From assembly GCA_963836075.1 (NCBI GenBank), contig CAWIIB010000009.1:416001-480000 (forward strand): a stretch of DNA of 64,000 nt, read 5' to 3'. The DNA comes from an uncultured Acidobacteriota bacterium (GTDB lineage: Bacteria; Acidobacteriota; JAQAZP01). The position numbers were made by a program, and so were the translations under genes. A model generated the notes under the pieces. That model worked only from the letters and a program-made list of their open reading frames with translations. It was not told where the DNA came from and searched no databases. This document shows, piece after piece, positions 31,601-39,885 of this stretch; position 1 is the stretch's first letter, and the number at the start of each line of letters is the position of its first letter.

Positions 31601-31779
31601 GGCCGAGGTGTCAATCTGCTGGGTTTGATGGCTGCGGCTGGAATCCAGGATTGTCGTCGGTGATATACATCCTATTCTCACCGCAACCGCTTGGTCTCTT
31701 CCTCGACCAGTTGGAGGGTCTTCTCGTGGGGCCACGCCGTAAGCTTCGCGGGCCTGGTCGAGGGAGATGATGCCGTCGC
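31601..31779 (-). repeat. Diverged copy of hydantoinase B 3' end plus ~70 bp of its downstream flank (copy D)
   Basis: Aligns end to end with 43266-43447, including gtgtcaatctgc...ttgtcgtcg.tgatatac. Confidence 0.9.
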
Positions 31780-31918
31780 CCGCACGGTTCGTGGGGACGG
31801 AGATTATACGTTCGCGGTGGAGGATCCCACTTCGAGCGAATATTCCTGTCGACTCTGCGTATATCAATATGATATCATTTCAATATCATGTTCGGTTGGA
31901 GCCGAAAAGGAGGAACAG

Positions 31919-32878
31919 ATGATTGAAGAAACGACGTACAAGCCGGTCAGTGGTTGGCTACCCCTGCTGTTCTGCATCGCGCTGCTGGTCGCGGGACCGT
32001 GGCTGTTCATCACATCCATCGTCAGGCTGAACACGATGCCCGGCGCAACGTTCCTGCCGATGCTGATTGGCGGGATCATCTCCTTCCTGCTGGGAACCCT
32101 CACGCTCTCCGGGTTCCAGGCGATCGCACCGAACGAGGCGCGCGCCTACCTCCTGTTCGGCAAGTACAAGGGATCGGTGGTCCAATCCGGTTTCTTCTGG
32201 GTCAATCCCTTCTACTCCAAGAAGAAGCTGTCATTGAGGGTACGCAACTTCGAAACCGGCTCGATCACCACACCGGAGAAGAAGGACGCGGGCGGCAAGG
32301 TCGTCACGGCCAGGAGCCGCACTTCCGGCAGGCCGTCCAAGGTCAACGACAAGGACGGCAATCCGATCGATATTTCGGCGGTGGTCGTATGGCGTGTCGT
32401 CAACACCGCCGAGGCGCTGTTCGAGGTCGATGACTACGAGGACTTCGTCGAGGTGCAGAGCGAGGCCGCCCTGCGCAATCTGGCCAGCCGGCACCCCTAC
32501 GACAGTTCCGACGACGAGATCTCTCTGCGCGGCAATGCCACCGAAGTGTGCGACCAGCTGCAGCATGACATCCAGGAGCGCCTGGACAAGGCGGGAGTGG
32601 AAGTGATCGAAGCGCGTATCAGCCACCTGGCCTACGCGCCGGAGATCGCCGCGGCCATGCTGCAACGACAGCAGGCCCAGGCGGTGGTGGCGGCCCGCAC
32701 CAAGATTGTAGAGGGCGCGGTCAGCATGGTGCAGATGGCTCTCGATCATCTGAAGAGGGATTCGATCGTGGAGCTGGACGACGAGCGAAAAGCGGCGATG
32801 GTCTCGAACCTGCTTGTGGTCCTGTGCAGCGACCGGCATACCCAACCGGTCGTGAACACGGGCTCTCTCTACCAGTGA
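31919..32878 (+). CDS. SPFH/band 7 domain membrane protein
   Basis: KVNDKDGNPIDISAVVVW, EARISHLAYAPEIAAAMLQRQQA; RBS aggagg. Confidence 0.93.
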   Translation: MIEETTYKPVSGWLPLLFCIALLVAGPWLFITSIVRLNTMPGATFLPMLIGGIISFLLGTLTLSGFQAIAPNEARAYLLFGKYKGSVVQSGFFWVNPFYSKKKLSLRVRNFETGSITTPEKKDAGGKVVTARSRTSGRPSKVNDKDGNPIDISAVVVWRVVNTAEALFEVDDYEDFVEVQSEAALRNLASRHPYDSSDDEISLRGNATEVCDQLQHDIQERLDKAGVEVIEARISHLAYAPEIAAAMLQRQQAQAVVAARTKIVEGAVSMVQMALDHLKRDSIVELDDERKAAMVSNLLVVLCSDRHTQPVVNTGSLYQ

Positions 32879-32891
32879 TTCCGAGGAACCA

Positions 32892-33107
32892 GTGGCGGAC
32901 CGCAATTCATTCCTGATTCGTACCGACCCCCGGGTCCTGGAGGCGCTTCGCCTCTGGGCCCGGGACGAATTACGAAGCGTCAACGGGCAGATCGAGTACC
33001 TGCTGCGAAAAGCGCTGCGTGAATCGGGGCGCCTCGGCCCCGGTTCTTCCACTTCCTCAGATCCGCCGAGCAAATCTCCCGAGAGCCGTCGGCGACGAAA
33101 ACCCTGA
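32892..33107 (+). CDS. Arc-like ribbon-helix-helix DNA-binding protein
   Basis: FLIRTDPRVLEALRLWARDELRSVNGQIEYLLR, the usual partner of this SPFH subfamily. Confidence 0.82.
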   Translation: MADRNSFLIRTDPRVLEALRLWARDELRSVNGQIEYLLRKALRESGRLGPGSSTSSDPPSKSPESRRRRKP

Positions 33108-33192
33108 TGTTCTCGATGGAGCGTGCCGCCAGTTGCCTGTTGGCGACCTCGTACTGCTCGCGACGCGACCAGGCACGGGACATTCGCTCTCT

Positions 33193-33382
33193 CTAATCCC
33201 CCCCCGCAACCGCGCCGTCTCTTCCTCATCAAGCTGGAGGGTCTTCTCGTCGAGGGCCACGCCGTAGGCTTCGCGGGCCTGGTCGAGGGAGATGATGCCG
33301 TTGACGAAGCCGTCGGTCTGGGGGTCGGTGCCCGAATAGTCGAAGACGATGGAGCGGTCCTTGACCTCGATGGTGACCTTGA
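33193..33382 (-). pseudogene. Hydantoinase B remnant (copy E): 3' end fused to an internal segment
   Basis: 33193-33301 matches 43337-43443; 33296-33382 is identical to 44221-44307; junction at shared tgccgt. Confidence 0.92.
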
Positions 33383-33710
33383 GTGAACCGGGCCATGGAA
33401 CTGCTCACCGAGGAGGCGCTGGCGGAAGCGCTGCGAGGCTGTGTCTGCCCCGCGAAGGACGATCCCCACGGCCTGAAAAAACCTCCAGGAGCCACGTGGG
33501 ACAGCCTGACGGCCGTTCCATTTTCACAATGCAAAATATCCCTCCCGAACATTGTCTACTATTGTGGTAGCCTTGCCGGATAAAAATATAAAGAGTGCTC
33601 CCCATTTCCGTTGGCGAGCCTGGAGGAACAGCTGATACCGGGACCACCCGTGATCCGGTTATTCCTTGCACCAAACGTCGAAAACAGTTCAAGACTGAGG
33701 AGAGAGAGAA

Positions 33711-34703
33711 ATGCAGATGAGAAGCCGGTTCGTTCGCGGTATTCCATTCCTGGCGGTTCTGTTCACTTCCCTGTTCGCCTGTGCAACGGGCACCGTAGTG
33801 GCCGCGGAAAACTACCCCCCCGATGCTGTGGGGGTCCGGTTCACCATCGATCCGGCGGCACTGTCGGACGTACACAACACCGCGGAACTGGCCGATGCCC
33901 TGCACCGGGAGCTGAAACTGGAGGCAGCATCGCCCCTGGGTTTCGAGGTGGTTGTTCACATGGTTGGCAACGTCTACCAGGGCCGGGACCAGCAGCCCCA
34001 TTCCGAGGGCAGCGGCATCATGGTGACTCTGGAGAAAGGCACACCGGTCAGCGGCCGGATCAAGGACCTGCCGTTCCACACCTACGGAGACTTCAGCGAA
34101 AGCGAGGCATGGGATTTTTTCAGGGGAAAAATCCAGGAAGCTTTGATGTATTCCATGAACTCGAGCGGCGCCTTCAAGGCCGACGATGAAGGCACCGTCT
34201 GGCTCACCGTGGCTGAAGTGGCGGATGGCGCCAGCAGTTTCACGCCGGACGGCAGCAGAATGATCCTGGAACTGAGTGCTGAATTTTCGTACCGGGACGG
34301 CTCCAAGTTTGGCAGCAAGACGCCGCCTGAAGGGTATCGACAGGAGCTGAAAACCGTTCAGATCGTGCTCTCACCCGCAGAAGTGCAGACCAGAGAAAAA
34401 CCTGTGGTGGAAGACGTGCCCGCGGCCAGTACGGCGGCAGCCGAAACGGACGGCATTACAGCGGTATACGGCTACGATGAAAGCGGATTACGGATCGAAA
34501 AGAAGGACGGCCAGTATGTCATGTCGGATATCCGGAAATCGCCTCCGGAATATCTGCCGCTGACGTCCATCGGAGAGAATCAGTTCAGCGTTGACTACTA
34601 CGGCGAGCCCGCGAAGCTCAAATTCTCGCTGGATGACAAGGGGCAGGCTTTTTCCATGTCCGTCGAGCAGCAGGGCCACACGATAAAGCTGCCGCGAAAG
34701 TAA
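33711..34703 (+). CDS. Hypothetical exported protein / lipoprotein
   Basis: 330 aa ORF, hydrophobic N-terminus ending LFAC. Confidence 0.7.
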   Translation: MQMRSRFVRGIPFLAVLFTSLFACATGTVVAAENYPPDAVGVRFTIDPAALSDVHNTAELADALHRELKLEAASPLGFEVVVHMVGNVYQGRDQQPHSEGSGIMVTLEKGTPVSGRIKDLPFHTYGDFSESEAWDFFRGKIQEALMYSMNSSGAFKADDEGTVWLTVAEVADGASSFTPDGSRMILELSAEFSYRDGSKFGSKTPPEGYRQELKTVQIVLSPAEVQTREKPVVEDVPAASTAAAETDGITAVYGYDESGLRIEKKDGQYVMSDIRKSPPEYLPLTSIGENQFSVDYYGEPAKLKFSLDDKGQAFSMSVEQQGHTIKLPRK

Positions 34704-34839
34704 GGTCCGGAACATCTGGGATGCTCTGGAACCGGAAGGGTGAGAATATGCCGAAAATGAGATGGTGAATCCTGCTGGTCCTGCTCGTGATGTGTGCCTG
34801 TGGGGGCACTGCTGCTGACGGAGACGCGGAGACCGCGCG

Positions 34840-35215
34840 GGAAGCGGCGCTTTGCCCCCAGGTGCTCGAGGATGCGGCGGATCACCTCGGACTGCGCCGT
34901 CGAGATGAACGAGACGACCTTCACCGAGCCGTCCACCGAGAAACCGCTGTGCTCCCAGCCCAACATCTCGTCGCGAAGGCCGCAAGCTCAGACGCTTTCG
35001 GCGCACCATCAGGTCGAGTACCCGCCTGGTGAACAGCTGCTCCAGCACCTCGATATCCCCCTGCATGTCGAAGGGCATCGGGCGGAAGAAGCCTGATGCG
35101 TCAAAGGCCCCGTCGGTGGCCAGGGCATGGAGGTGGATATGAGGGTTTACCCGGTCCCCGAACCGCTGGGGCGTCACCACCATCCCCACCCGGAGTTCGT
35201 CATGGACCAGACCGG
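34840..35215 (-). mobile_element. IS91-family (rolling-circle HUH) transposase remnant, frameshifted and internally deleted
   Basis: QRFGDRVNPHIHLHALATDG, WEHSGFSVD, and C-terminal SFI...VIRRILEHLG. Confidence 0.8.
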
Positions 35216-35279
35216 CGCGGTAGAAATCGTTAGGTCGCCTCCACCGCTGAGCGGCAGAGGCCGGTGGAGATTCGGCGCT

Positions 35280-35432
35280 TCAGCGGCTCGCCGCAGTCAC
35301 CGAGGAGACGAGCCCGTCGAGGGTGCCGGCGATCTCTTCGGCCAGCGCCAGCGAGATGGCGTTGCGGCGTCCGGGATCGTTGAGGGTGACCACGGCCACG
35401 CGGTTGTGAGTTTCGATGCGGAGCAGGTTCAT
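35280..35432 (-). pseudogene. Enoyl-CoA hydratase/isomerase N-terminal fragment
   Basis: MNLLRIETHNRVAVVTLNDPGRRNAISLALAEEI..., stop after 50 aa; strong RBS ggaggtg. Confidence 0.7.
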
Positions 35433-35690
35433 TCGTTCACCTCCCTCGGTGCCGTCTTCCGGTCCATCAGCAGTTTATCGGAAAACAGTGGCCGGGGGGA
35501 ACGCCGAAAAAAGGCTCCACGCTCTCTCGGTCCGGATATCGAAGGGGACTGCAGGAGCATCATTGACCCCTGAACAGGTAATCTCTATAATTTTTATATA
35601 TTATTTCGAGCTACGTTTCATGAATCGTCCGGTTTCCCGGTTGACAGCTCCCGTTCGGTGCTGCTGTCGATCGCAGAAGGGTTGTCCGCA

Positions 35691-38370
35691 ATGGCTCAAT
35701 GCGGCTCATGCAAAGCGGAACTCGCAGACAGCGCAATGATATGCCTGAACTGCGGCCACCCGGTGGACGAGGCGGATCTGGTGCAGCGTTCCGACCCCAC
35801 GGCCACTGTCGGCTCGTCGGCCTCGTCCTCCTCCGCCTCCGAGACCGAGGTGCGATTTGCCCCCGGTACGCTGCTGGCCGATCGATACCGTATCGTCGGC
35901 CGTCTCGGCAAGGGCGGGATGGGTGAGGTCTACCGTGCCGACGACATGAAGCTCGGCCAGCAGGTGGCGTTGAAATTCCTGCCCGAGCGATTCAGGGAGG
36001 AACCGTCCCTCCTGACCCGTTTTCTCCACGAGGTGAAAATCGCCCGGCAGATTTCCCATCCGAGCGTGTGCCGGGTCTATGATGTCTTCGAGTACGAGGA
36101 CCAGCACTTCCTCTCAATGGAATATGTTGATGGCGAGGACCTCCGTTCACTGCTCCGGCGGATAGGTCGACTATCCGAAGACAAGGCACTGCAGATCGCA
36201 CGGCAGCTTTGCGCCGGGTTGGCGGCGGCCCATGACAAGGGTGTGCTGCACCGGGACCTCAAGCCGGCCAACATCATGCTGGACGGCAGCGGCCGGGTGC
36301 GTATCACCGATTTCGGCCTCGCCGCCATGGCCGGTGAAATACAGAAGAGCGATCTCAAATCCGGCACTCCGGCTTACATGGCGCCCGAACAGCGGGCGGG
36401 CCGGGAGGTCTCGATCGCCAGCGACATCTACACTCTCGGCCTGGTGCTGTTCGAACTGTTCACCGGCAAGCCTGCCTTCGCGGCGGCCACCCGGACCGAA
36501 CTGGAAAAGAAGCAGCTGCAGGATGTGACCACCCCGTCCAGCCTGGTGCGGAGTATCGATCCGGCCGTGGAGCGGGTCATCCTGGCCTGCCTCGCCCGGC
36601 ATCCGGCCGAACGGCCTTCGTCGGTCCTGGCGGTGGCCGCGGCGCTGCCCGGCGGGGATCCGCTCGGTGAAGCGCTGGCTGCCGGTGAGACGCCGTCCCC
36701 CGAGATGGTCGCCGCCTCGATGGTCCGGGGCGGCCTGCGCCCGCTCTTGGCCTGGGCCACGCTGGCCGGCATTGTCGCCTGTGCCGTGATCCTGTTCCTG
36801 CTCGCCGGGAAAGGGAAGGTGACCTCCCATGCGCCGCTGACCAAGGCCCCCCAGGTCCTGATTGACGAGGCACAGAGCATCCTGGCCGGTGCCGGTCTGA
36901 ATACTGAACCGGCCGACTACCTCTGGGGATACATCCGGAACGACCAGGCACTCGATCATTTCGAGGAACTGAAAAGCGCCGATCGCTGGGACGGTCTCGG
37001 TGAGCGGGAGCGCTCGAGCCTTTTCTTCTTCTACCGCCAGAGCCCGGTGCTGCTCGAACCGCTCAGTGTGGTTTCGAACCGGATGAACCTGGAGGATCCG
37101 CCGACGACGACGCCGGGCATGGCGACGGTGAGGCTGGATACCGAAGGCCGGCTGGTCCGCATGGAGATCCTGCCGCCGGAGAAGGATGAAGGGGACGATG
37201 AGCCGCCCGGCAAACCGGACTGGGCCCCGCTTTTCGCCGCGGCCGGGATCGACATGGAGACACTGCAGCCGGTGGAGCCGGTTTGGAATCCACCCCTGTA
37301 CTGCGACTACCGGGCCGCCTGGGAGCTGGCCGGGGCCTCACCGGGGATCAGGGTAGAAGCCGCCTCCTATCGCGGAAAACCAATCTACTTCAGGGTCGTG
37401 GCGCCGTGGGAGAAGCCGTTCGAACCTGCCGCCCTGGAGAAGCCGCGCGGGGAGCGGCTCGCCCAGACCGGTTTCATCCTGCTGGTCACGGTGGTGCTGG
37501 TCGGCGGCTTCCTGCTGGCCCGACGGAACCTTCGTCTTGGCAGGAGCGATCTTCGCGGTTCCTACCGCATCGCCACCGTCTTCGTCCTGATCCACATGCT
37601 GGCATGGCTGCTCTACGCCAAGCACCTGGCGTCCATCGACCTCGCCTTCTGGGGCCTGATCGCCACCCTGGCCCAGACCTTCTTCGAAGCGCTGCTGATC
37701 TACACCTTCTACCTCGCCCTGGAACCGTACATTCGCCGCCGCTGGCCCGACACCATCATCTCCTGGACCCGGGCGCTCTCCGGCCGGTTTCGTGACCCGC
37801 TGGTGGGCCGGGACGTCATGTTCGGCTGCGGCCTCGGGCTGGCCGCAGCGCTGCTCTGGAAGGTCGGTCAGCTGGCGCCGCCGTATTTCGGCAAGATCCC
37901 GCGCCGGCCCGACTGGGTGACGCTCAACGCGCTCAACGGGAGCCGTTTCGCCGTGGGGGAACTGCTCGACAGTCTCGTCCACGCCGTCGTGCCGGCGATG
38001 GCGCTGCTGATCATCCTGCTGCTCGTCTCGCTGCTGGTGAAGCGATTCTGGGTCACCGGGATCATCGTGACCCTGCTGGTCTTGCTGCTCAACCTGCCCG
38101 AGATCGAGTACCTGGTTCGACCTGTTCGGGATCGCGGTGACCATGGGCCTGGTGGTCTTCAGCCTGGTCCGTCTCGGCCTGCTCTCCGCGACGGTCATCT
38201 TCGGCGTATCGGCAGCGGTGAACGAACTGGTGATCACCTCCGACCTGACCCACTGGTGGGCCACCGGCACCATCGTCACCCTCGGTGCCACTCTCGCCCT
38301 CGCTTTCTATGGCTTTTACATCGCCCTGGCCGGCCGGCCGATGATCGGCTCCGACTGGCTGGAGGGATAG
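35691..38370 (+). CDS. Ser/Thr protein kinase with N-terminal zinc ribbon and C-terminal multi-TM domain (frameshift at ~38120)
   Basis: CGSC...CLNC, LGKGGMGEVY, HRDLKPAN, DFG, GTPAYMAPE; TM array continues in ORF 38137..38370. Confidence 0.9.
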
Positions 38371-38399
38371 CAGACCGAACGACACTCCCGGGGGATACC

Positions 38400-38666
38400 A
38401 TGAAAATACTGAGAACCGTGCTGGCAACGCTGTCCCTGCTGGCGTCCACCTTCGGTCTGGCGGCCACATCCCCGGCCGACAACGCCGGCCTCGCTTCCCG
38501 CATCGCCGCGACGGCCTCCGACCGGAAAGCCGGTTTCATCGAGGCACGTCGCTGGTTCCACCGGTATTCGGAACTGTCGAACCATGAGTTCGGAACCGCC
38601 GGCCAGGTGAGGGCGAGACGATTTAAACAACAGTGCGGATGGGTTTTTTCTGGAGGTACAGGCTGA
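38400..38666 (+). pseudogene. M20 amidohydrolase N-terminal fragment
   Basis: Signal peptide then RRWFHRYSELSNHEFGTA (cf. RRxxHxxPELSxxExxT), then similarity lost. Confidence 0.6.
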
Positions 38667-38803
38667 TGAGAGACGAGGCGGGCGCGCACAGCCCCTGGCT
38701 TCGGATATTCCGCGGTGCGATGGAGGTGCAGCGCGAGGTCACGGTGCGGGAGACGGCCCGCTGACCACTGTTCCCGGCGCTGCGTACGCGTGGAAAAAAA
38801 TCG

Positions 38804-38845
38804 AAAAATGGGGACTGGCACGCCTTGGCGCCTGTCCCCATTTTT
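38804..38845. repeat. REP-like hairpin / bidirectional terminator
   Basis: aaaaatggggactggcacgccttggcgcctgtccccattttt; near-identical inverted copy at ~42514. Confidence 0.75.
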
Positions 38846-38895
38846 ATTTAAGTGCCTTTCGGATCTTCTCCGGGGTGATTGCATCACCCCCGATT

Positions 38896-39288
38896 TCAGA
38901 CGAGGACGATCGCTGCCCGGTGGCCGGCGGCCGAGGCGAGACGGGCGTCCCTGGTGATCAGAGGCGCTTCCAGGACTTCCGCCAGGGCCAGATGGACGGC
39001 GTCGTATGCGGTGGCGTTGTTCCGCAGCTCCCAGACCCGGAACAGAAACAGGTCGTGGGGATAGCGGGTCAACGGCAGGTCGAGCAGGTCCTCGAGCGCC
39101 TGGCGGCCCCGGGACGGTTTGAGTTCACCCGCGAGAGAATAGCGCCGGAGCACCTGGGCCACCTCGAGGTCGAGGAGGTGCGGGGCGTGAAGCGTCTCGC
39201 CGTCGGCGAAGATGCGCTCGCTGATCCGCTCCGCCGCCGGGGTGTTCAGCAGCACCTCTAAAACCGCGGAAGCATCGACGACAATCAC
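38896..39288 (-). CDS. vapC: PIN-domain toxin (VapC family)
   Basis: MIVVDASAVLE, APHLLDLEV, TAYDAVHLALAE, LITRD. Confidence 0.93.
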   Translation of the reverse strand: MIVVDASAVLEVLLNTPAAERISERIFADGETLHAPHLLDLEVAQVLRRYSLAGELKPSRGRQALEDLLDLPLTRYPHDLFLFRVWELRNNATAYDAVHLALAEVLEAPLITRDARLASAAGHRAAIVLV

Positions 39289-39515
39289 CGCCCGTCCCTT
39301 TCGTCCCTGACTGCCCGGGCCGGCGGCACGCCGGTGATGACGGCTTTGCGGCCGCGCAGGCGAAGTCTCAGTTCACGCGGGGATGGACGTTCCATCAGGC
39401 GCTCCACCTCGCCGAGGAGGTAGTCGGAGAGGGGCAGACCCTCGAGCGCCGCCCTGGCTTTGAGCAGGCGGTGCAGCTCGTCCGGCACGTTTCGAATTTG
39501 GATCATCTTGGACAT
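39285..39515 (-). CDS. FitA-like RHH antitoxin
   Basis: MSKMIQIRNVPDELHRLLKARAA...LSDYLL; upstream ttgaca...cacatgtg...tgtcaa palindromic region. Confidence 0.88.
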   Translation of the reverse strand: MSKMIQIRNVPDELHRLLKARAALEGLPLSDYLLGEVERLMERPSPRELRLRLRGRKAVITGVPPARAVRDERDGR

Positions 39516-39885
39516 GTTGACAACATATTCACATGTGATCCACATGTCAAGCGGAGGTCCTCAGGGACGACATCAGCCGGCCATTTTCTCCCCGGGAATT
39601 CCCGTGGGATGGCAGCCGGCTGGGCTGGAGAGGAAGGGGGCGGTGGCACAGCCGTGGCATACGGTCCGAAAGCGGGCAGGCAGGGTTGTATGCGCGTACC
39701 GCCAGGCAGGGAGATCCCCGCAATCGGTGCGATTTCGGACTTGCCAAATTAAACTATAAACCATAAATTTGTATGTGATCTATCAGATGCAGGCATTCTA
39801 ATCATCAAAAGATACTGTTCGTTGTTGCTCACTGCCATAAGGTGGCCTTGAATATCGATCCTGCCGCCGCAGGGAGGCCTCGTCA

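Noticed and set aside
16605-33382. CRISPR array or DGR template/variable repeats as an explanation for the hydantoinase-end copies
   Set aside because: Spacing is irregular and kilobase-scale, no cas or reverse transcriptase gene is present, and mismatches are not adenine-specific.
33383-33583. Short ORF after hydantoinase remnant E
   Set aside because: No recognisable family; probably a junction fragment.
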